Positions 1-11,362 of a stretch of 64,000 bases of DNA are shown here, one piece after another. The DNA lies in NCBI RefSeq assembly GCF_006345805.1, contig NC_043007.1:11408001-11472000 (forward strand). Direction: 5' to 3'. The stretch's first letter is position 1. The number at the start of each line of letters is the position of its first letter. Made by a program: the position numbers and the translations under genes. This DNA comes from Octopus sinensis. Its lineage: Eukaryota. The notes under the pieces were generated by a model. It saw nothing but the letters and a program-made list of their open reading frames with translations. It ran no database searches and was not told the DNA's origin.

Positions 1-500
1 TTTGAGATGCTCTGTGTTTCTTTCAATTATTTTAAATCATCATCATCATCATTTAGCGTCCGCTTTCCATGCTAGCATGGGTTGGACGGTTCAACTGGGG
101 TCTGGGAAGCCAGAAGGCTGCACCAGGCCCAGTCTGATCTGGCAATGTTTCTACAGCTGGATGCCCTTCCTAACGCCAACCACTCCGTGAGTATAGTGGG
201 CGCTTTTTACGTGCCACTGGCACAGGTGCCAGACGGGGCTGTCAAACGGCCATGGTTGGATGGTGCTTTTTACGTGCCACCGGCATGGGGGCCAGGCAAG
301 GCTGGCAACGGCCACGATCGGATGGTGCTTTTTACGTGAACAAAGAAATTAGTAAAATAACTTACTTATCAATAAGCTAGTGTTAGGAACATAAATTGTG
401 ACTAAGGCTTGATGGAAATATTTTAATTCAAAACTTATGAAAACAAGACATTTTATCACAGAGCCAGAGGTGATTTAAGGCAGGTTGGTATCAAAAGGGT
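1..500. mobile_element. piggyBac-like MITE copy (left end outside window), interrupted by an RTE tail
   Basis: Same internal sequence as 528-747; ends ...GGTATCAAAAGGG; split by the 38-339 insertion. Confidence 0.55.
38..339 (-). mobile_element. 5'-truncated RTE LINE 3' UTR fragment
   Basis: (CAT)n tail then GTCCGCTTTCCATGCTAGCATGGG; same UTR is attached to RTE coding sequence at 11363-12015 and 25115-25870. Confidence 0.75.
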
Positions 501-527
501 TGGTTAAAAATATCATGGTGACTTTAA

Positions 528-747
528 CCCTTTAGTTACCATATTTCTGTTGAGAAGCTCTGTGTTTCTTTCAATTATTTTAAATATAACAAAGAATTTA
601 GTAAAATAACTTAGTTATCATTCAGCTAGTGTTAGGAACGTAAATTCTGAGTAAGGCTTGGTGGAATATTTTAAATCAAAACTTATGAAAACAAGACATT
701 TTACAACAGAGCCAGAGCCGGTTTTGGCCAGGTTAGTAACAAAAGGG
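528..747. mobile_element. piggyBac-like MITE
   Basis: TTAA at 524-527 and 748-751; termini CCCTTTAGTTAC / GTAACAAAAGGG. Confidence 0.75.
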
Positions 748-980
748 TTAAACACATCACCACCAGTCATCAAGCTGTGGTGGTGGTGGTGGTGGGGAAC
801 AAAGACAGACACAACAACACGCACACATATAAGGCACACATCCATCTACCAAATCCACTCACAAGGCTTTTTTCAGCCCAAACCTATAGTAAAAGACACT
901 TGCCCAAGAAGCCATGCTGAACCCAGAACCATGTGGTCAGAAAGCAAACTTCTTATCAATCAGAGCAGATTATGATACCT

Positions 981-1582
981 ATTTCTTTACTACCCACAAG
1001 GGGCTAAACACAGAGAGGACAAACAAGGACAGACAAACGGATTAAGTCGATTATATCGACCCCAGTGCGTAACTGGTACTTAATTTATCGACCCCGAAAG
1101 GATGAAAGGTAAAGTCGACCTTGGTGGAATTTGAACTCAGAACGCAACGGCAAACGAAATACTTATTTCTTTACTGCCCACAAGGGGCTAAACACAGAGA
1201 GGACAACAAGGACAGACAAACGGATTAAGTCGATTATATCAACCCCAGTGCGTAACTGGTACTTATTCACGCGATCCCGAAAGGATGAAAGGCAAAGTCG
1301 ACCTCGGTGGAATTTGAACTCAGAACGCAACGGCAAACGAAATACCTATTTCTTTACTACCCACAAGGGGCTAAACACAGAGAGGACAAACAAGGACAGA
1401 CAAACGGATTAAGTCGATTATATCAACCCCAGTGCGTAACTGGTACTTATTCACTCGATCCCGAAAGGATGAAAGGCAAAGTCGACCTCGGCGGAATTTG
1501 AACTCGGAATGTAACGACAGACGAAATACCGCTTAGCATTTCGTCCGACGTGCTAACATTTCTGCCAGCTCGCTGCCCTAAT
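981..1582 (-). mobile_element. SINE family C, one head plus three tandem ~184-bp bodies
   Basis: Head GGCAGCGAGCTGGCAGAA on minus; units recur near 1060, 1244, 1427; direct repeat GCAGATTATGATACCT at 965-980 and 1583-1598. Confidence 0.8.
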
Positions 1583-1599
1583 GCAGATTATGATACCTT

Positions 1600-1915
1600 C
1601 CAGTACGTACAACTTAATTGGCTACATGGGTGATTAGGCCATATCCTTATCAGCCAGATATCTGAAGTATCTCGCCAGTAGTTCTTGATAGTTCAGAAGC
1701 TTTCTTTGCCTTCATATCCTTAGTTGCTTTATCTATAATTGTATATTATAGAAACTGATGTATAGAATAGCTGGGTTTTTTGGTTGGGTACAGGCTGGTA
1801 AAACTCTCTTTCTCCTGTGCATTGCATTCTCTACATTTAATAGCCTTCAATAAATGCACTTGCATGGCTCTTTCTTTTCAGAATCACTAATAGCAAGTAG
1901 GCCATTAACCATATG
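1600..1915 (-). pseudogene. Decayed RTE LINE ORF2 fragment
   Basis: Broken translation LAISDSEKKE...RLLNVEN...IDKATKDMKAKKASELSRTTGEILQISG..GYGLITHVAN resembles the RTE pre-RT region. Confidence 0.6.
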
Positions 1916-1949
1916 TACACATTTTATTTCTATCCCCTCTGTGATGGAT

Positions 1950-2265
1950 TGGATGCATACATACATACATACATACATACATACATACACACACACACAT
2001 ATATGATATGATGATGATGATGATATATGTATGTATGTATACATATATATATGTATACATACATATATATGTATGCATGTATATATATATGTGTGTATCT
2101 GTATATGTACACACATACACACACTCATATATAATATATTACATTAGATAGATAGATAGATAGATAGATAGGTAGGTAGGTAGGTAGATAGATAGGTAGG
2201 TAGGTAGGTAGATAGATAGGTAGGTAGATAGGTAGATAGATGGGTAGATAGATAGATTTAGATTT
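1950..2265. repeat. Compound microsatellite (CATA, GAT, TA, GATA/GGTA)
   Basis: Visible tandem runs. Confidence 0.9.
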
Positions 2266-2940
2266 GTATATATTTTGAATTCACGAAAAACTAGAGAGCC
2301 TCTCAGTTCATTCATTATATACAACATAACTCAATATCTCAAATTCATTTAAATTTAGCATTTTCCCATAATAATCCCAGCAAAGGAAGAGAAGAACATA
2401 GATTGCCATAACTGAGCATACATTATAGCAACACGAGGCCTCTATGATATTTTACCATAACAACAGAACATATCGCCATAACAACAGAGATGCTACTTCC
2501 AATTTCAAGACAAACACCTGTTTCAAAATGTTATTCTACCCTCTCTTATATTCCATTCAGAAGACACTTTGACAAAGTGGCATCAGTTTTTGGTGAGAGG
2601 GTGACTACCAGAAAAATCTTTGACCCCTATCTTTGTGGATGTGTAATGCTTTGAAAACTTTTACTTCGGAAACGGCATTTCATGTTCAAATATTAAGATT
2701 CATATTTAATTGAGACGATGAGATAAATTTTATATTATTGGATATAAATGGCTTTATTAGTCATTCGTTTAATATTTTGGTTTCTACTTTACATCAGATA
2801 TATTTCCCACTCTTACACACATACACACACAGACACAGACAGCCGTTTGTGTGTTTGTATGTGTATATATGTATGTGTGTATATATACATATTCTTTTAT
2901 TTTTATAGATTCTTTTACTTGTTTGAATCATTTGACTCCG

Positions 2941-2972
<32 letters not shown>

Positions 2973-3109
2973 ATACACATACATATATATATGCATGGGA
3001 GTGTGTATGTGTGTGTGTGTATTTATATATATATATATATATATATATAAATACACACACACACACACACACCCACATGCATATATATATATGTATGTAT
3101 ATATATATC

Positions 3110-3405
3110 ACCGTGACCGACCAGGTTATCAGATGTTGCTACACATCGCTGGTCACAATGCACTTCGCATTGTTTTAGCCTTCAAATGACGCAACCTCAC
3201 TGCTTAAGCGAGAAGGCCTACAGAAGAAAGAGTGAGAGAAAGTTGTGGCGAAAGAGTACAGCCGGGATTACCACCCCCTGCCTGGGCCTCATGGAGCTTT
3301 AGGTGTTTTCGCTCAATAAACACTCACAATCCCCGGTCTGGGAATCGAAACCGTGATCCTACAACCGCGAGTCCACTGCCTTAACCACTGGGCCATTGCA
3401 CCTCC
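3110..3405 (-). mobile_element. SINE family B, body type 2
   Basis: tRNA-like head (TGGCCCAGTGGTTAAGG...GGTTTCGATTCCC); body shared with 38405-38707. Confidence 0.7.
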
Positions 3406-3474
3406 ACACACACATATATATATATAAATATGCACACACATATTTATATATATATTTATATATATATATAGTAA

Positions 3475-3790
3475 AAGCAATTAAGATCAAGTGAGTTCTG
3501 TTGAATTCACATGAATGCGGTACTTAACTTAGATGCACCAGAAATCTATATGGTGTTAACCATAAGATAATGTGGGGTGATTATAAATAGGAAAAAAGCA
3601 ACAAGAATGGATCAATATTTCGGTACAATTGTTTCATACGAAGACAGCTTTATTAAGGCTGCAAATATTGCAGTAAATATAAGTGACCCATACTCATCAG
3701 CCAAAAAAACATCTGAGTTCTCCAAACATCTAAGGGGGTGGTGTTACACTCCTGAAACATCAGGGATAGTTCTATAAAAATAAGATTTAG
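3475..3790. mobile_element. Possible decayed PLE-like terminal fragment
   Basis: Hairpin GGGGTG-GTGTTA-CACTCC followed by TGAAACATC, like a decayed hammerhead helix II plus GAAAC. Confidence 0.3.
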
Positions 3791-4322
3791 GTAACAAACG
3801 GACTTCTAAAAGTTCTTTTAGTGTTGCACAGTCATATAACGGGTTTTAAAAAAGTATTTTAAAAAACCTCTTAGTTTCCCAGAAAATGAAAATGAAAATG
3901 TAAATCCATCCATATTGAAGTAAGTTTGATTTCTGGAGATATGAGGGAGGTATCATACTCACAGAAGATGCATTTATCCATATTTAGTCCATAATAAAGT
4001 GTTTTTCCTGATGTGTGGTGATATACTGGTTACATTTCTGAGAATTTCTCCAAACTGCTATGTTAGAATTAAATTTAATTCATCAGATATTGCTTACTGA
4101 TTGTAAACAATGGTGGAGCTTGTTTGTTTCCTGTTCTTCTCATAAACATTCCTGGACTGTTTGTTGTTTGATAGCTTGGGGGATTATGGCATCATTCAGA
4201 TATAGGCTAGAGTTGGTGGCAGGAAAAGCATCCAGCCACAGAAAACAACTCAGACCCAACATTCACTAATCTGACCCATGAAATCATGGAAAAGTGGATG
4301 TTAAATGATGGTGATGATATGA

Positions 4323-4324
<2 letters not shown>

Positions 4325-4361
<37 letters not shown>

Positions 4362-4400
4362 ATATAATATATATATATATTATATATATATATATGTATA

Positions 4401-4456
<56 letters not shown>

Positions 4457-4512
4457 GTGTGTGTGTGTGTATATATATGTATCTCTCCTTTAGACAGATT
4501 TAGAAATTTAAA

Positions 4513-4564
<52 letters not shown>

Positions 4565-4730
4565 GTGTGTGTGTGTGTATATATATGTATCTCTCCTTTA
4601 GACAGATTTAGAAATTATAACATTTATATATATATATATATACATGTGTGTGTGTATATATATGTATCTCTCCTTTAGACAGATTTAGAAATTATAACAT
4701 TTATATATAATATAATATATATATTATATA
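4325..4730. repeat. (TA)n block with three ~40-bp GTATCTCTCCTTTAGACAGATTTAGAAAT units
   Basis: Units near 4478, 4586, 4663; reverse complement of the end of the 5893-6175 element. Confidence 0.8.
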
Positions 4731-4732
4731 CT

Positions 4733-4771
4733 CTCTTCTGTGGAAAGTGGTAGGCTCAAAAACGTAAAAGA
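4733..4771 (+). ncRNA. Degenerate minimal hammerhead-like motif
   Basis: TCTT-CTGTGGA-...GTAG-GCTC-AAAAAC-GTA-AAAGA; homologous motif at 41436-41472. Confidence 0.3.
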
Positions 4772-5025
4772 CTTTTTCAATTCCCAAATGTTATACTAAA
4801 ACATCTGTTTGTTTTCTACACCACCTGTCCACGTCTTTCGCTTTTTTTGGTGAATTCCCCCTATATATATATATATATATATATAGGGAGATGTACTCGC
4901 ATAGCAAGTAATTTGATCTGAGATCGTGTGCTGAAACGAAAACAATTGCAGTGTGGAAGGTGTTTATAAGCCATTTAAGAAACACACAAAAGCCAGGTTC
5001 GATTCACTCCAACATTTAAGTTTAA

Positions 5026-5074
5026 TTGTCAAAATATTTTCGTCGCTAAAATCCGCGACCTGTTCACTGACAAA
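5026..5074 (-). ncRNA. Minimal type I hammerhead-like motif, G3-C8 core (left arm)
   Basis: Mirror of 5090-5139 with a 6-bp helix I. Confidence 0.55.
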
Positions 5075-5089
5075 GTCCGTGCCACGGAC

Positions 5090-5139
5090 TTTGTCAGTGA
5101 ACAGGTCGCGGATTTTAGCGACGAAAATATTTTGACAAA
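5090..5139 (+). ncRNA. Minimal type I hammerhead-like motif, G3-C8 core (right arm)
   Basis: TTTGTCA-GTGAACA-G-GTCGC(GGATTTTA)GCGAC-GAA-AATATT-T-TGACAAA. Confidence 0.6.
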
Positions 5140-5240
5140 TTAAACTTAAATGTTGGAGTGAATCGAACGGCTTTTGTGTGTTTCTTAAATGGCTTATAAA
5201 CACCTTCCACGCTGCAATTGTTATATATATATATATATAT

Positions 5241-5660
5241 CATCATCATCATCATCATCGTTTAACGTCCGCTTTCCATGCTAGCATGGGTTGGACAGTT
5301 CAACTGGGGTCTGGGGAGCCAGTAGGCTGCACCAGGCCCAGTCTGATCTGGCAGTGTTTCTACAGCTGGATGCCCTTCCTAATGCCAACCACTCCGTGAG
5401 TGTAGTGGGTGCTTTTTACGTGCCACCTGCACAGGTGCCAGACGAGGCTGGCAAATGGCCACGATCGGATGGTGCTTTTTATGTGCCACCGGCACAGGGG
5501 CCAGACGAGGCTGGCAACGGCCACAATCGGATGGTGTTTTTTACGTGCCACCGGCACGGAGGCCAGTTGGGGTGGCGCTGGCAATGGCCACGTTCGGATG
5601 GTTCTCTTATGTGCCATCAGCACTGGTATCACAGCTACAATTTCCATTGATGTTGATCGA
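5241..5660 (-). mobile_element. RTE 3' UTR fragment with ~62-bp internal repeats
   Basis: (CAT)n tail; GTGCTTTTTACGTGCC units at 5409, 5472, 5534. Confidence 0.75.
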
Positions 5661-5691
5661 TTTCGATTTTGATTTATATATATATATATAT

Positions 5692-5868
5692 CATCATCAT
5701 CATCATCATCGTTTAATGTCCGTTCTCCATGCTAGCATGCGTTGGACGGTTCGACCGGGGATCTGGGAAGCCAGAAGGCTGCACCAGGCTCCAGTCTTAT
5801 CTGGCAATGTTTCTACAGCTGGATGCCCTTCCTAACGCCAACCACTCCATGAGTGTAGTGGGTGCTTT
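5692..5868 (-). mobile_element. Short RTE 3' UTR fragment
   Basis: (CAT)n tail plus conserved UTR end. Confidence 0.7.
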
Positions 5869-5892
5869 TATATATATATATATATATATAAA

Positions 5893-6175
5893 TGTTATAA
5901 TTTCTAAATCTGTCTAAAGGAGAGATACAGTAGCAGCTCTGGGTATTGCCAAACTAACACAGAAGTCCAGAGAAATAGGATGAATGTTGCTGTTGATTAG
6001 CTCCGAGAAGCAATCACCTCTAGCTAGCTATATGATGCACAAATCTGCATCCATAACACCTTCAAACAGGGGAGGTCATCAACTTCCCCTTACTGGCTTG
6101 GCCTCCACTGACTAGTTTCGGGGTAGTTGCCCCTTAAAAGTGTTGAGCAGCCAAGTCCAGCAGGGGTCACTGTTG
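5893..6175 (-). mobile_element. PLE-like terminal element (family of 45060-45465) with damaged hammerhead at 6106-6142
   Basis: Minus strand CACT-TTTAA-GGGG(CAACTA)CCCC-GAAAC-TA-GTC-AGTG; flanks homologous to the 45 kb copy. Confidence 0.6.
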
Positions 6176-6404
6176 ATATATATAATCTTTTTATCTTTAT
6201 CTTTATTTCTATCTTTTCTTGTTTCAGTCATTAGACTGTGGCCATGCTGGGGCATGGCCTTAAAGCATTCTACTCAAATGAACTGTCTCCAGTACTGATT
6301 ATTTCTTTGTAAAGCCTGGTACTTTTTATATTGATCTCTTTTGCTGAATTGTGAAGTTACAGGAATGCAAACACACCAACACCAGCATTCATTTATTATT
6401 GATA

Positions 6405-6560
6405 ATCATTAATAAGTGACAGGAGTTACATAGTGACTCAAGGGCTGAGAGTTTCGTGTATTAACACATAATTCGTGTATTGGCACCTTTGAATCTGGTA
6501 AGTGTCAATATATGAAATTCTCAGCCCTTCAGTGACTCAGTCGCTCCTGTGGATTAATAA
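6405..6560. mobile_element. Decayed MITE-like inverted repeat
   Basis: AAGGGCTGAGAGTTTCGTGTATT versus AATATATGAAATTCTCAGCCCTT. Confidence 0.45.
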
Positions 6561-6569
6561 TATATGTGT

Positions 6570-7384
6570 GTGTTGTATGTATGTGTGTGTGTATGTTGTA
6601 TGTGTGTGTATGTCGTATGTCTGAGTGTGTGTGTATACACACACACTGACATATACATATATGTGTTTGGTGGTAGAAACAGGTATATATTTATATATTT
6701 ATATATATATTTATATATATATATAATATAATATATATAATATATATATATATCTATATATATGTAATGTATATATATGTATGTATGTATATAATATTAT
6801 CTATATATATATGTATGTGTGCATATAAATATAATATATATATATATATATATAATAAATATATATATACCTATATATATATATATATAGATATATATGT
6901 TTTGTGATACAAGCAAGTATATGTTTATATATTTATACATGTATATACATACATACTTACATACATATATATATATGAACATGCATGTGTGTGTGTGTGT
7001 GTGTGTGTATGTTTGTGCACGCTAGCATGTGCATGTGTGCCAGCGAGTGTGTATGAATAATGTAAATGCGTACGAATATAATAGATGCCTATTTGTACTT
7101 AAATAGAGCTACTTAGGAGACCTCACCCAATCTGAAACTACGTGATAAAGTGATCAATTATTAATGCACACTTCCCACCACCCCTTACTCAATAAACCTA
7201 CTATTGTCTTCTATGTAGAGTATGTTATAAATACAACATTAACTCAATTTGTTCTACGCAATGAGAAAAATGTTGAGAACAATGATAATAGTTTAAACTT
7301 TTAATGAATACGATTGGTTAAACTGTGCTTCTGTTTTACATGTGTGCGTCTAGATATATATATATGTAAGTGTGTCTGTGTTTC

Positions 7385-7417
<33 letters not shown>

Positions 7418-7548
7418 TGTATGTATGTATGTATGTATGTATTTATCTCTCTCTCCTATATATATATATGTGTGTGCGTGTATAGTATAGTATATATATA
7501 TATATATATATATAATAATACATAAATGTATATATATATATATACATA

Positions 7549-7587
<39 letters not shown>

Positions 7588-7751
7588 TATATATATATAC
7601 ATATATATGTATATATTATATATATATATACATATATATGTATACATATATATGTATGTATATATAAATATATGTATACATATATATGTATATATAAATA
7701 TATGTATACATATATATGTATGATATATAAATATATATATACATATATATG

Positions 7752-7802
<51 letters not shown>

Positions 7803-7892
7803 TATATATTTAAAATGGTCTCTTCACTGTGTTGGCAGCTACTTCATTTGGTCTAGGTTGCAAATACTCACATACATACATATATTATTATA

Positions 7893-7930
<38 letters not shown>

Positions 7931-8180
7931 GATATAATAGTATGTAATGTATGTATGTGTATGCACACATACATGCACAACACACACATTTACATATATA
8001 TAAGTATATACACACAGACATACAATCATACACATGAATATATGCGTGAGTGTGTCTGCATATATATGCATATATATGTATGTACGTATATATGTATATG
8101 TATATGTACATATATATGTTAGTGTGTGTGTGTATGTGTATGTATGTATACATACATGTATTATTCATAGGCATATTTAG
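6570..8180. repeat. Extended (TA)/(TG)/(TATG) microsatellite region with short unique islands
   Basis: Visible tandem runs. Confidence 0.85.
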
Positions 8181-8388
8181 ACACACACAATCATACACAT
8201 ATACAAAAACAGACAAACCCATTTGCATATATTTTCATATATATGATATATATAAATGTACAAACATAAAAAATAAAGTGTATAAATAAGAAAGAGAAAC
8301 TAGCACGCAGAAGCACTCAATTACATATATTTGAAACTGTGTGTATATGTGTGTATATATATATATGTCATGCTACTGTAGACATATA

Positions 8389-8552
8389 GGCACAGGAGTG
8401 GCTGTGTGGTAAGTAGCTTGCTAACCAGCGACATGGTTCCGGGTTCAGTCCCACTGCGTGGCATCTTGGGCAAGTGTCTTCTGCTATAGCCCTGGGCTGA
8501 CCAAAGCCTTGTGAGTGGATTTGGTTGATGGAAACTGAAAGAAGCCTGTCGT

Positions 8553-8590
<38 letters not shown>

Positions 8591-8803
8591 TTGTGTGTCT
8601 GTGTTTGTTCCCCTAGCATTGCTTGACAACCGATGCTGGTGTGTTTACGTCCCCGACACTTAGCGGTTCGGCAAAAAGAGACTGATAGAATAAGTACTGG
8701 GCTTACAAAAAGAATAAGTCCCGGGGTCGAGTTGCTCGACTAAAGGCGGTGCTCCAGCATGGCCGCAGTCAAATGACTGAAACAAGTAAAAGAGTAAAAG
8801 AGT
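8389..8803 (+). mobile_element. SINE family A, full length
   Basis: tRNA-like head GGCACAGGAGTGGCTGTGTGGTAAG...GGGTTCAGTCCC; central (TA/TG)n; tail CAGTCAAATGACTG plus (AAAGAGT)n. Confidence 0.85.
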
Positions 8804-9482
8804 ACTGTGTTCATCATCATTTTCATTGTTTAATACCACCACCACCAATGCCACCACTCGTACCATCATCATCATACTCATCATCATAATCATCATCATT
8901 GTTTAACACTACCACCACTGCTGCTGCCGCCACCACTACCTATGTGACCACTACTACCATCATCATCATACTCATCATCATCATCCTCATCATCATTGTT
9001 TAACACCACCACCACTGCTGCTGCCACTGCCACTACCACCACCACCACCATCACCACCACTACTACCACCACCACCACCACCATCATCATTTTTACCTCC
9101 TCTTTTCCATTCTTGTATAAATATGTGTCTGTGTCTGTGTACATGTATGTGTGTGTGTGTATGCATACTTGTGTAACGTTTAGAGAAGTATGAATGTATT
9201 GGTGCATGTGTATATATATATATATATATATATACATGTGTGTGCGTATGTTTGTGTGTATGTTTGTGCATGAGCACGCGCCTACATGTTTGTATGTATG
9301 TATGTATGTGTGTATGTATGTATACCAGTAAAACCAAGCTCAAAAGTTCTTAACACACTTACACAAACACACAGAAACATATACACACACACACGCATGC
9401 ATACACACACAAACAATATCACACACATGCATGCACACACACACACACACACACACACATGCATGCTCACATTTGCTCACTT

Positions 9483-9522
<40 letters not shown>

Positions 9523-9857
9523 ATACACACACAAGTCACACATGCTGTTAAGTAGCCAATTAACTATCATAAGGTCTAATGATAAAACAATTAACTCAAG
9601 ACATTCACTAAACAGACAGATTGTTAATTAGTATGGTGTATTTAGTGTTTACTGCTGGTGTTTATGTTGTTTTTGTTGATGCTATGAGGGTTTTTGTTTG
9701 TGTTATGATATTCTAATGCACTTTGTTGTTGTTCTTATTTCCTTTAGTGATGTTTTTGTTGTCTTGACTGGTACAAGGTGCATTCCAGAAGTTTTGAGAC
9801 TTTTTTTAGGATCAGCCGTTATAGCGACTCTAGATTATTGTAATTTTACTATATATA

Positions 9858-10260
9858 GGCGCAGGAGTGACTGTGTGGTAAGTAGCTTGCTTACCAACCA
9901 CATGGTTCCGAGTTCAGTCCCACTGCTTGGCACCTTGGGCAAGGGTCTTCTGCTATAGCCTCGGGCAGACCAAAGCCTTGTGAGTGGATTTGGTAGACGG
10001 AAACTGAAAGAAGCCATATTTATATGTGTGTATATGTTTGTGTGTCTGTGTTTGTCCCCCCCCCCAACATCGCTTGACAACCGATGCTAGTGTGTTTACA
10101 TCCCCGTCACTTTGCGGTTCGGCAAAAGAGATCGATAGAATAAGTACTAGACTTACAAAGAATAAGTCCTGGGATCGATTTAATTCGACTAAAGGTGGTG
10201 CTCCAGCATGGCTGCAGTCAAATGGCTGAAACAAGTAAAAGAATAAAAGAGTAAAAGAAT
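9858..10260 (+). mobile_element. SINE family A
   Basis: Same head, body and tail as 8389-8803. Confidence 0.85.
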
Positions 10261-10339
10261 CTAATAAGCTGACATACCAACTTTTGTTATTCCAGATTGA
10301 AGGAGATGGCAGTAACAGCACTTTGAACACATTCAAGTG

Positions 10340-10724
10340 GGATGGAAGCACTCCGTCGGTTACGACAACGAGGGTTCCGGTTGATCCGAATCAACGGAAC
10401 AGCCTGCTCGTGAAATTAACGTGTAAGTGGCTGAGCACTCCACAGACATGTGTACCCTTAACGTAGTTCTCGGGGATATTCAGCGTGACACAGAGAGTGA
10501 CAAGGCCAGTCCTTTGAAGTACAGGTACAACAGAAACAGGAAGTAAGAGTGAGAGAAAGTTGTGGTGAAAGAGTAAGCAGGGATCACCACCATCCCTGCC
10601 GGAGCCTCGTGGAGCTTTTTAGGTGTTTTCGCTCAATAAACACTCACAACGCCCGGTCTGGGAATCGAAACTGCGATCCTATGACCGCGAGTCTGCTGCC
10701 CTAACCACTGGGCCATTGCACCTC
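10340..10724 (-). mobile_element. SINE family B, body type 1
   Basis: Head plus body ending AACCCTCGTTGTCGTAACCGACGGAGTGCTTCC; copies at 14611 and 56721. Confidence 0.8.
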
Positions 10725-10834
10725 ACATTCAAGTAAGCACAGCTTGTCACATCTGACTAGATTGCAGAATGCATTTGGAATGGGAGGACAATTTAGAAGC
10801 TTGCTAAGCAATAATGGTTTGCATTCTTTCTTTT

Positions 10835-11120
10835 CGTTGCCCTTTTCAAGCCTAGCCAGGCTCATGGGCCCGGTTTCTGTGGCGCATGTGTTTCCCCCAG
10901 CTGAACTGGATGCCAGTCCATCGCAGCGTTACTCAAGAAACAGGAAGAGAGAGTGAGAGAAAGTTGTGACAAAAGAGTACAACAGGGGTTGACAACAACC
11001 CCTGCCGGAGCCTCATAGACCTTTTAGGTGTTTTCGCTCAACAAACACACACAACGCATGGTCTGGCAATCGAAACTGTGATCCTCCAATCGCGAGTCCA
11101 CTGCCCTAACAACTGGGCCA
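10835..11120 (-). mobile_element. SINE family B, body type 3
   Basis: Same head; body with CTGCGATGGACTGGCATCC; copy at 13170. Confidence 0.7.
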
Positions 11121-11156
11121 TGCATTAAACTGGGCAAAAACATTACAGAAACTTAA

Positions 11157-11362
11157 GGTGGCGAGCTGGCAGAAACGTTAGCATGCCGGGCAAAATGCTT
11201 AGCAGTATTTCATCTGCAACTACGTTCTGAGTTCAAATTCCGCCGAGGTTGACTTTGCCTTTCATCCTTTTGGGGTTGATTAAATAATTACCAGTTATGC
11301 ACTGGGATCGATATAATCGACTTAATCCCTTTATCTGTCCTTGTTTGTCCTCTTTGTGTTTA
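11157..11362 (+). mobile_element. SINE family C monomer, 3' end cut by the adjacent RTE
   Basis: GGTGGCGAGCTGGCAGAAACGTTAG...GAGTTCAAATTCC...TTTCATCCTTTTGGGG. Confidence 0.75.

Larger units (their letters stand above)
4887..5222. mobile_element. Non-autonomous PLE-like hairpin element: 54-bp one-sided leader plus ~282-bp palindrome
   Basis: Arms 4941-5081 and 5083-5222 around a 1-nt loop; second copy at 12801-13120; flanked by (TA)n. Confidence 0.75.

Noticed and set aside
4941-5222. Ordinary MITE with long TIRs
   Set aside because: Both copies share a leader outside the palindrome on one side only, and no distinct TSD can be separated from (TA)n
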